64,000 nt of DNA, taken from assembly GCA_964035545.1 (NCBI GenBank), contig OZ037768.1, forward strand, positions 20,505,700 through 20,569,699. The letters run 5' to 3'. The position numbers and the translations under genes are program-made. The DNA is from Bugula neritina. Taxonomy: Eukaryota; Animalia; Bryozoa. Numbering within the stretch: the first letter of the stretch is position 1; every line of letters starts with the position of its first letter. Below the pieces are notes generated by a model. That model saw nothing but the letters and a program-made list of their open reading frames with translations. It made no database searches and had not been told where the DNA came from. Shown in pieces: positions 53,101 to 64,000 of the stretch.

Positions 53101-56100
53101 GACTTGTCACTTGCAAAAAATATTTTCCTACGTATTAACCAGCTGTAGTGTGCACCAAAAAGAAATGCAAATGATGCTAGGCCAAAACTAACTAATTGAA
53201 ACAAATTGAAAAAACCTGGTAACTTCATTAATGGTTTTGCATAGGACAAAGCTTATCCGTTCAGTAGATGTAGCACGTGGGACAGTCAACGCTGAAACAA
53301 CGGAACTTATTAATTTGTTGTTGCTTGGAAGGTTTAAAAGAATTTAAAATTAGACCACAGATGGAATTACATACTTTGGGTATCGATGATTAACATGTTT
53401 ATACATTGCACTGGCTCTTCTTTTCTGGGATGCTATCTCTTTGTTCGTGACGTCATGTTTACCAAACCATAACTCCAAATTCTCAATATCACCTTTCAAA
53501 CTGTAAAAGATAGGAACAGCCATGCCTGAAAGATGCAATAATATGGTTTCAATATTATATTATTAGATATTGGATGAGTAGCACGAGAGACGAAAATCAA
53601 TTTGAATTTATTGATCATTGGTAAAAATGTACCTGGCACTGACGTTATGCTGCATAAGATGCTAGTTCAAAGCGATGACCTATATTTATTTCACTTGTTC
53701 TGAGTGCAGAAAAACCTCTGCAGCTTTAACATAACATTAAATATCTCGCTGATGAAATATTCACACACAGAGTCCATAAGCTTCATTATAACATTGATAC
53801 TTGTATTAATATCGAAATGTTTTAACAAATGATAAATGAAAACAGAAAAACAAGATCATACTGTGCTGAGTTCAGTTTTCTCTATTAATGACTCCCATTT
53901 TGAATTCCAGCTAACTACAGCTTTAAACTGGACATCGAGGCAAAAAATCAACAAAACTAATCCACAATCACTTAATAACATGCAAAGAACTGTAAATCTC
54001 AAAACAAATGTTAAATCATTAAAGAAATAGGTCATTTCAAAAGCTATAATTGGAAAGTTGTAAACAGAAGTTGGCCAAAACTCTCAGAGCATCTGCCTAC
54101 CTTTCAACACAGTGGGCGGCTGTCACTACCCACTCTCTGTGAATTAAGGAACCAGCGCAATAAACCAACTGGACATCTCGATTGACCAGTGCCGTCTGCC
54201 AAGGCCAACTTCCCCTGATTGCCTCCTCGCCACCAACTATCCGCCTTTCTCTATGATATACTCAGGTTGGAAGAATCAAAGAATTACAGTAAACACTGCT
54301 TTAGCTTTTGTATTACAAAATGCAAAAGTTTAACTTGCTTCTTTTGGACTTTTAAAATGATTAAGAGCTTTATAAACTCAAAAAATCTTAGTGAGCACAA
54401 CATATTAGTTACTGTGTTAAAAATAGACCACCTAAATTATAGACTGAAATTAATATCAAGTAAAAAGTTATATCTATTGAAATCTATACATGTTTATATA
54501 CATTACTATTCTAAAATTACATTCTACTTTAAAGTGATATTTTTATTCAAACATTTTAATGATTGAATTATTTTAAAAGCGGCAGACAAAACATCTTGGA
54601 GTAAAAACACTGAAAATGGTCTTTTAAAGAGTTAAAAAGTTTTATATGATGTAACACAAAGTATAGCTAATTCAACAGCACATTATATTATTATAAGTTG
54701 ATTACTAGATGTGGAGAGAGAGGGATGTGAATGTGGTAATGAGAACTCATTATCTACAAAGATGTTAGATTAGGGATACCAATAAGTATGACTAAATTCA
54801 CCAAAATCCAACCAAAAAATAGTAACTATGTGTGAAATTTGAACCAAAACTTCTGGCATATTCTGTTCTTCAATATTGCAAGTTTAATGAGACACTAGAC
54901 CAGAAACTAAAAGTTTAGTTCCATTGTTTTCTATTACAGCTCGAAACATGAGAAACTATCCCCAAGTGCGGCTAAAGAAAAGGGATCATTAAGAGCAATT
55001 TCACATAGACCCACTGTCTACATAGAGTTGTTCTGTTAACCAAAAAGTTGCCAAAATCTGTGTTATTATAGAGATTTACAAAAATATAACACTAATAACA
55101 GTTTTTGCACTTCCCGAGAGAGAATAAAGTAACCAAAAAAAATTTCAAGGCTACTAAAGGACGAAACACCGAGAACTTGCAGTCTACTTTAAAGGTACAT
55201 TCTAAGAATAGAAAGTGACTCATTGATAAGACTCGGATAATGCTCCTAACAAGTAAAGTATTACATAGAGTTTTAACATAATATTATAGGCTTTAAAATT
55301 TCACAACATACTGAAAAATTAACATCATTATAAAAATGTCATTTCATTTGCAACTTGATGCACTCAACTTTTTTCACTTTAATTAATTTTCTTTAATCAG
55401 GTGGGCTCCGGATGTGCAGTTATATTAGAGCTCTCCCAGTGCACCTGTGCACCAATCAACTCACTAGTCACAACTGCTATTAATGACGGAAGATTTATTA
55501 CTGTTTGCTTACCGTAACTCGTGCAATACTAATTCAAACTCCCCAGAAACTGAAATCATTTAAATATTCACTTACTAGGAGTTTCATCATTAGTAAATAA
55601 AAACATTAGCATTCAGGGGTTGCAACACAAGAGAGGGAAGATAGCCAGCTGGCCATACTCTGCATTAATTATACATTACATATAAATATTTCTATTAATG
55701 ATAAATTTAGCAACAGGTATTATATTACTTTAATTTAGCGCAATCTCACTTGACCTATATAGCTTTATATGTTCACGGTGGATTAAAATGTTTTTACTTT
55801 CATAAACTAATAGAAGCAGCCACTTAGAGTAACTACAAACAATAAAATAATAAACAAATATGATATCAGGGTGCATATACATAGCAGAGTAACATAATGT
55901 TATGCCATTATTGCAGTATTCATGAAAGTATTCAATAAAAACTGATTTTAAGTGAGTTTTGTGCATTTTTAGCCTTTAGGAAGTATAACAGTTGTGGTTT
56001 AACATGCTTCTTAACAACACCTTGTGACACCTTTTTAACACCTGGATGAAAGCTAAACCTACAGGTATAACAACTGGGTTGAGCTGGTTTTACATAATTA

Positions 56101-59100
56101 TGGTCTTCAAATTTGCTCTAATTACTAATTTTGAAAATAGAGATGAAGAAACAAGTTCATTAAGATGGTAAAACTTTGCAGTTTTAAGGTTTCAAAACAT
56201 ATGCTCTCTTTCAGAGTGATTATAGATAAGAAATCCTGTTTCAGTTTGATTTGGAATGTAGTTATCATAATATTACAAGTTTATATAATCGTATTGCATT
56301 ATTTTAAAACTAAGTAACTGAATTTTCTAGAAACAAGCCCTAGAGCTAGTTTTTGGTAAGCCATGTGTCAGATAGATAATACTATGAGTCATGAAAGTGA
56401 ACTTGTAGAACTGGTAGCAGGTGGTGTATAGGAAGGGTTAAGATCCCTGAGAAAGTGCAACTATTTATTTAGTGCGTATAAATTCATCATCAAAATACCT
56501 GAACTTAGGTAACACGGCTGGCTGGCCACACCCTCCGACTTGTATATACTCAGCTTTGAGAAACTTCGCTAACCATCGAATTTTACTTTCACTTGCACCG
56601 AGTTTAGAACCTAATTGACACAGAATTGATTAATGATGAATTAAAGACATTGATTTCCCAAATCTTGAGTAATTATGTAATCAAAGAATTACAACAAGGT
56701 TAAACAGGTAAGAGAAGGGAATCACAACATATCACCTAATCGGTAACATTAATCAAGTATATAGAAATACACCTGAAACTTTAAGTACAAATTGCAGTCA
56801 TCAGTGTTAATGAATATTTCTGCAACATAATCGTTATAAAAACATGTCCTTCACCTTCCCATCTACTCATCCTACATGATGCAGACTCCTGACAATATCT
56901 GGTGGTGCAGCAACAAACAGATCAACTCCAACTACTGACAATCTAGATTTTATACATTAAAATATTTTCATAATTTATTTTTCAGTCTGAATTCAAACTT
57001 TGTCTGCATTAAAATTACCATTTATAAATTCATCAAAGGTCTGCTGCACAGAGTAAATTGTCTTATAAGCTCTTGTAGAAACTTTTTCCTTTTAGATTTG
57101 ATGACTTTTGATCATTTTTGATTTAGCTAATCTATATATACATACTATATGCATTGTAAGTACATGTAAAAAGTCTAATATTGTTTCCATAATATATTTT
57201 CAGTTTCTATATAGAAGGAAAAATACTTCATAATTATATTTTTGTGATGAAACCAATTAACTAACTATTTAGAATACTTTGAGTAACCAAACTTCAGTCC
57301 TCTAGCATAATCGGCAGTAGTTATCTAAACACAAGAGCAGCTAATCTTAGAGTCAAGATGGGCAGCTAACTTACTGGTGGATTGTGGATAAAAGTTTAGG
57401 TTTCTATTTGGGCCTAAAGTCAAAATTATATGCAGTTCAAGAAGCTTTGACAGTGCTTTACTTTAAATCACATAAAATGTTGAACTGTTAAAATAGAACT
57501 CATGGATCTCCAGAGTATTTTCACATTTAAAATTAAATTTAAATGTAAAGTTAATTATAAGGGTTACAAATAACACAATGGGGTAGTGAAAAATTAGCTA
57601 ATTTTACAATTTTGAAACATTTAAATTCACTTTCAAATGAACATTGCTAAAAAAACATACACCCTATAGAATTAAAACAAATTTGCAAAATATAACAAGA
57701 TTTAAGATTGACAAATCAGAAAACTGAGTTTGATAACTTTGTCATATAAAGTAATTATTCTAGAGTAAATCTCAGCTTTATCTGAAATGTAAATACACTG
57801 TTCTGCTACCTCATAGAGCAAATTATTAATTCAGATCACGCCAAGACTGATAAATGCTGATTTATGGCAAAGCACATTATTAGCACCAATATACACCACT
57901 CACCTTACACCTGTGTACTATTTGTACAAGCTCGAATAAAAGAAAATTTTCTTTGTATTTATTTTCAAAACCTTCATGAATATTTAAAATAGGAATTAAA
58001 CAGATTGAATAGTTCATTAGCTTTTTGTTAACTCATCATGTGAATTGGATAAGAGATAAATCCTCACACAGTTAAAAGATGTTTATGTAAATAGAAATGC
58101 ACTGGCAAACAATTAGTTATCTAATTCTACCTCATTCTTAGTCATTACCAACCAGGGGGTTATGGGAAAATCTTAAAGAAACCTACAAACATTGATTAAC
58201 ATGTCATGTATGGATAACTAGGTTGTAACATGCGCTGACATATACTTGTAATTTTGTGCTTGTTTGTTATTATTTCACACAAGAAGTGTGTTGCATTTCT
58301 AGCAAATGCTGTAGAAGTGTGCGACTAGTGGGACACTTTTGTTTTTAAATTAAGAATAGGTAGCTACAGTCATTCTCTGTCTGTCCATTCATATAAAATA
58401 AAGTAATTAAATCATTTAAATAGTAAAGTTTATGTATTGCAGCTGCAACTATTTTATCTAGCTAACCAACATAAAACTTAGTATATGCATTTTAATTACT
58501 ATCTTTAAAAATTATATGATTTTACCTCAAACTACCCTAAAAATGTCTTTTAGCATAACCATATGTGGTCACATAGTGATTAGTGGGATGATAAAATCAA
58601 ATTGCTGAGCAGATTAGGCTTAAGATGGGATCAGGTATATTTATAACAATTAATAAAATAATTGCTATTTCTATTAATAAGCATTTTGTTATTACAAAAA
58701 AGTTATTGAACAAACAACAGCATGAAGCATTAACATTTAAATTTATTTGCATGCAGTTCAAAAATTCAAAATTCATGGCAGAAAAAGTTCTCTTGAAAGA
58801 TAGCATTTCACATGATGCCCCAAACTTTAATTTTGTAAAATAAGATGGAATCACATTTTCTGGATACACAAACAGCATTTTATTGTGGCGCAACTACTGT
58901 TACACAGCTACACATCTTCTGCCACAAAGCTCCCTACTGGTAATAGAATGAGGTTTCAATAAACCTAATTACTGTTTAACATTTCCATAATATGATATTC
59001 TGCACTAAAACTTTGTAAAACAATTTTCATTTGCAGCTTCTCTTATCCACTTAAAACAATATTGAAATTCCTAGGAGCCCCAAGTTCATCTAGAAAGTCT

Positions 59101-62100
59101 CAAAAGAAGATTTGAATGAAAATAAAACCAAATTTTCAAGCGTGAAGGGTTTAACTCACTAGATATTGAGAAATGGGCTGGAGGCCAACTTACAATCAGA
59201 GAAATAGGCTGAGAGAGTGAGAATGACTAATGGCTAGATGTTATTGGTGGTAAAGCAGCAGACGAGAAGAGAAATTATTTCTCAGATGTTGAGGATTATT
59301 CGCTAGGAAACAGCAGTTAATCTCTTTAATCTATAGGATATAAAAACAATAAAGACATCCGCATGTACACGTTGAACCAGTACATACTCATTGTTATCTC
59401 TTTACCTATCAATGGTAAACTTACTAGTTTCTACAAACCCTTTCTCAACCAATTACATTTCAGATTGAAGCAATTAAGGCCAAGTTAAAATTAACAGTAT
59501 TGCTGTGTGAATTGGACAGGCAAAAAGGAATCGTAAATCCAAAAAAATGCTTAGTCAAGCCCAGGAGGCTAAACAACTATACGATGTTACGCTGCAATTT
59601 TAAACAATTGAAAACTAGTTACTTTAACTATTAAGCAAAATTAGTTTTATCTTTTAAGGAAAAATATATAATGATATATGACCTATTCTCATCACATGGA
59701 GACAAAAAATGTAGCTGACAAGTGCAGAAATAAATAGTAGCAGTGCCGTTATAGCCTAATCTCCATCATATATTAATTATCCACATCAGGGATGGCAAAA
59801 ATATAACAATGAAACATTTAAAACTTAGTAGAAGATGTAGAGATTAAAATAGTATCTTGAATTCATTATTACAGTACCATGGGAAACTCTATAAACCAAT
59901 TGCTGTAATAACATGCAAAAAGCAGTGAATATACAGGTGTGTATAAGAAGTATGAACAGATGGTATTGGTTATTATGTAATATTAGCAGGAGTCCTACAA
60001 AACCTAGTGGTTGGTAGGTTTACCAGTAGCAAAGGATTATATCATATTAATATTTTATTAGTTTTGCATTAATATACCAGGAACCACTAATCATACTATT
60101 ATAGGTAGTTTTCATTAGCATATCAAGGGCACAGGTCATTGTAGATTATTATGAATTAACACCCACAGCATATCAACCAGTTAATGCAAGGTAGTAAAAC
60201 AGATTGAAAGCATCCCAAGTCAACAAAAAAAGTGAGCTTTTTCTAAATAATTAACAAGATATTATATTAATATTATTACAACAGTTACCTGCGTGACGTC
60301 ATATGACTCGAGGAAAGGAAAAAACAGCATTTTTTTGCATAGGAAATTGGGAGGATAAAGCTATGCTGATCATGAGTGACGCAAGGAATTATACCTGAGC
60401 CAAACATCAAAACTGGGGCTCATATGTGTTAGTGAATGAAAAGTTTGTGTTGGGGAGCACCATTTCTTTTGGTAATGAATTCAAATGAAAACAAAGCCCC
60501 AGTGACATCAATAACAAAATTCATTTGGCATACATACATACTAGTCAGTTAAATATTGTTCAACTTGATAAATTATGGTTTGAGCTGTAGTAGAGTATAG
60601 TTTGAGTTAGAGTAGAGTAGATTAGATTTATGCATGTCATTAGTAGAGAATGAATTATGTCTTTAAAAGAATAATTTAAGACCATGCAGGTAGGCTATAC
60701 ATTAAGAAGAGTGTTTCTTTGAATTTATTTACTTTATTTGAGTGATCAACAGTGATGCAACACAGTATATTATCACGGAACACAGTGAGCTATAATTATC
60801 TAAAAAACTTACGAATTGAAACAATAAAATGGAACTAAAATAAAAACCTTTAGCAATTAGCGAAAAAATTTGTAACAAAGTTATAGCTGTTACCAAATTC
60901 AAAACTATAAATAATCTATATTTTGACTATTTTGTTTATTCCGCTGCCCAGAAGTTTTAGAGAAAACAAAAACTATTCTATCAGTTGGCTTTTAAAACTG
61001 CCATGTCATAAAGTCGATAAAGCAACTGGATAGCAAAGGTTTCCCAAAATACGTGCTAGCCTGAACATCTGGTTGAGTGCATGTGAACTAAGGGCATAAT
61101 AATATTCAGTCCTGTTTAGGATAACCTGGCTTACGCAGGACAAGCAAAAATACCCATATAAGAAACACATATTGCCAAAACCTCCCAAACTCCCTGCCTA
61201 TTAGTATTTCTAATTTATAAATATATTAACCTGAGGAAGGGCACTGTTCATCTGACTCATCTAGACTGAGAAAACAGTCTGCATCTCCATCGCACACAAA
61301 ACTATCTTCTATACCTTTACCTTCGCCGCAGTCAAACTCAGAGTGTACAGTGAAAGGTTGACAGACCAGGGCTATGAAAACAATCAAATGAATAATTAAT
61401 AACATCATAACGATGAACTTTGAATTCAGGGTTCGCAACTACTAATTTGAGGACAACTAATTATTACGCAAGAGGGTGATTAAACCATGATAGTAACAGT
61501 AGCAGGAAATGGGAACTCTAAACACCTCATATTAAAATATTACTTTATATTTTGTCATAATTATTCCTAAAATAAAAATGATAATGGTTACATTGTGCAT
61601 TATGTAAATATAATGCATTGTTTGAAATACTAATACGTCATACATACTATAACAAATATTATACAGCCCCATTAGTGAAATATACAATAATAGTAGGACC
61701 TGCCTAAACCCCTTCCTACATACCCAGTACATAATTGCTCAATATGAAAATTATCACCATGTTCAATCTTCTATGTCGAAAGCATGGTTGATATGGAAAA
61801 AAAGTAAGAATATAATCTTACTACATATAATATATAAAACTACGCTACAAGCCGTAAACTTGGTCATGCTAGTCAAGTGTATGGAGGCAATAAATGTGAC
61901 TACACATGTCTAGAAGATGTAGAACATAAGGTCTGCTACAGAAAACATTAGTCTAATTGATAACAAGTAATATACTAAATTTAACCAAATAATAGGACCC
62001 ATTAGTGAGAGATCAAACAAGATCTACCATCTATGAATGGCTCCTTCGAGTCCCACACAACTTTTTTCATTTAATTTTTCCTTAATTGGTATTCCGGTGT

Positions 62101-62869
62101 CGCAAGGTTCTAAACAAATGGCCAACATTAATCTTAATAATTGATAAAGAGTATAATTCAGTGAGTTGTAGATGAAAGCTATCAACCATTGAAATAGTCA
62201 CTGCCTTGTCATTAGCCGATGTAGGGCTAAGAAACTGTGATCTAATTAATAATTTTGACGCCACATTTTTCACTATTGAGTGTGATGGTACAATACATGC
62301 ATTTTATAACTACTTAATTTTTATAATTAAAAAGGTTTATCAGTGATGTGTGTAGTCTAATCACTGATTCTCTAATTGGTTTGGGTTGAACCAGAATGCT
62401 GCAAGTGGAACAATCATTTGGTATGTTGAATGAATGTAACTAGTGAAATCACATCAATGGACTGGTGAGCTTTCTAAAAACAGTGGGCACTTTTAAGTCA
62501 CCTGAGATTGTGAATAATATCCAGTCAGGCTGATTAATTTAGAAATGGGAAATGTTTTCCCTTTCCCTTTAGGAATTTGAACTAAAGTCCCCTATCAAGG
62601 AAGAAGGAACTCCTTTCCAACTTCCTATACACTATTTATATCACAATTGTGCCTTACACTTACAACCTCAAACCAAGATCCCAACTTATATCACAACAAT
62701 AATAATATTTACCACTAAACAGTAAATTTATAAAATACAAAAGACATCTTAAAATAACAGAATTTATGAACATAATATCTACGGATGTGGCTGACTAAAT
62801 TGACTCGCTGTGAATGATAACAGAAATCAACATACCAGTACACAAAAGCAGACTCCACACAGCTGCCAT
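47106..62869 (-). CDS. Secreted S1A (trypsin-family) serine protease with N-terminal LDL-receptor class A module, 343 aa
   Basis: Exons 62869-62836 ([11 protein letters not shown]), 61371-61231 ([32 protein letters not shown]), 56610-56499 ([10 protein letters not shown]), 54250-54101 (RR|IVGG...SWPWQ...TAAHC), 53500-53375, 50684-50542 (NDIALIKL...AGWG), 49783-49629 (ICAGG...DMCW), 47276-47106 (GDSGGGLVC...RPAIFTKV). All phases join and the catalytic triad is intact. An alternative start at ATG 61408 is possible but less likely. Confidence 0.92.
47325..47495. repeat. Degenerate purine-rich hexamer repeat (AGGGTA-like)
   Basis: aagggtgaaggtggaggg...agggtagac...aaggataaag; 6-nt periodicity explains ORFs 47311-47499 and 47333-47542. 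Confidence 0.65.
48928..49002 (-). mobile_element. tRNA-like repeat, family 2 (copy C, internally deleted)
   Basis: Reverse complement TAGTGTTGTGATTACCCAGTGGTTAGCACACTTGTTTGCAAGCCAGAGGTCTCAG; A- and B-box segments missing. Confidence 0.55.
50779..50928. repeat. Degenerate (TATAG)n pentamer repeat
   Basis: Directly visible. Confidence 0.8.
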
Positions 62870-63571
62870 GTTGGTACAGCGTCCAGTTATCTTGCAATAA
62901 AACACTAATTTAACATTGCATGCCAAAGTCATAGTGTGAGAGCAGGCAGCTGCAAATATACGATATATTATAGAGTTGTCTGCTCCTTATATAAACACTA
63001 AATAAGGAGACAACTTCAAAATACCTGTTTTCAGGTTGCAAAATGACAGTGATGTACAGAGAATAAATCAAGTGTGATGTATAAATTAATCAGACCACCT
63101 CCTCACCACAGTTCACACACTCTTTAACTGCATTTTACATCCATTGACATTACTACACACCAAAATAGCTGTCGCAAACACATTTCTGATGACACATGTA
63201 AAGCTTCTGACTGTATAATATTCTATAATATTATACTAAATTCAAAACATGTAGTATACAGTTTCGTTTCCAATTTAAATTACCAGGTGCCATGATCAAG
63301 TTTTGAGACAAAGCGAACTCTCAGAAGATGTTTAATTACATTTCTACATTGAATTTTATATCTATTAAACATCATAATCTTCTTAACTGATAACAAGGTA
63401 TAAATAGGTAAGATGGTGAGGCTAAATTAATAACCATATAATCACTTTTTAAATCTATATGATTATACATTTGAAAAATAAAATAGTGAAACTACATACG
63501 TTAGTATTAAGGACTATCATTTAACAATGCTATGAATACTTCACTTACCGAAAGAGATGAATGTAGAGGTG

Positions 63572-63735
63572 TTAATGTTGAGACAGAGGTGCATATTTCA
63601 GCTGGTGTTGCACCTCTAAAGGCCACAATGATGCCAGCTCTGTTTTGTTTTTCTCAAGGAGCTTTAGTTTACGAGTCAGTAATGTAGGAACCTCCTTATT
63701 CTCCAGCAAATCTCCAATAGCCATGACATAGTTGC
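63572..63735 (-). CDS. RMI2: RecQ-mediated genome instability protein 2 homolog, last coding exon (partial gene)
   Basis: tgtag acceptor, then phase-1 (G)NYVMAIGDLLENKEVPTLLTRKLKLLEKNKTELASLWPLEVQHQLKYAPLSQH*. This resembles the RMI2 OB-fold C-terminus (GKYVMVMG...P.L...K.......MWELEVED). Upstream exon(s) not found in the window. Confidence 0.75.
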
Positions 63736-64000
63736 CTACAGCACGGCATATTTTCGTCTATTCAACTTATAATTACTTACTACTAATTTAAAGAAGCATA
63801 TTTCAGTTTATTTATCTTATAATTACTATAAATTTTTGTTTATTTGAAATATGACTACTAAATAGGAAAAATCTTTTTTGGATGTAAAAATATAAAAAAC
63901 AATATTTCTCATGTTATATATACATGCAACTTACGATACTAATTTAAAATGAAGCCAAAAGGCATGTGGTTAGCAAAACAATACATTTACACCTATATAC

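Noticed and set aside
60294-60301. CRE site TGACGTCA in protease intron 2 (and AP-1 sites near 32162-32187)
   Set aside because: Short motifs expected by chance in 64 kb; no supporting evidence.
61372-61438. ORF-track N-terminus [12 protein letters not shown] as the protease signal peptide
   Set aside because: This stretch is a polypyrimidine acceptor (ttgttttcatag); the upstream exon 62869-62836 supplies a better Kozak ATG in the right phase.

Overview
AT-rich metazoan (invertebrate-like) genomic DNA with GT-AG spliceosomal introns; no prokaryotic features and no CRISPR array. I assembled five protein-coding genes by hand from splice sites and reading-frame phase. (1) A JMJD8-like JmjC protein with a signal peptide and C-terminal TPR-like helices (minus, 27270 to ~415, at least 8 exons, 3' end uncertain). 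(2) A divergent Gs-family G-protein alpha subunit (plus, 33856..36777, 9 exons, 495 aa) with a ~68-aa insertion, an atypical C-terminus and a probable alternative first exon at 29176..29350. (3) The homeobox gene Mnx (minus, 44322..39105, 3 exons, 245 aa). (4) A secreted LDLa + trypsin-domain serine protease (minus, 62869..47106, 8 exons, 343 aa). (5) The last coding exon of an RMI2 homolog (minus, 63735..63572). Non-coding features include a perfect 208-bp-arm inverted repeat in JMJD8 intron 1, two families of tRNA-derived repeats, a 22-bp hairpin-unit minisatellite and several microsatellites. The most notable candidates are the atypical dual-N-terminus Gs-like gene, a possible RMI2-to-protease spliced (dicistronic) transcript, the long intronic hairpin and the JmjC-TPR fusion. 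All coordinates were read by eye; family assignments come from recalled motifs, and no database search was run.
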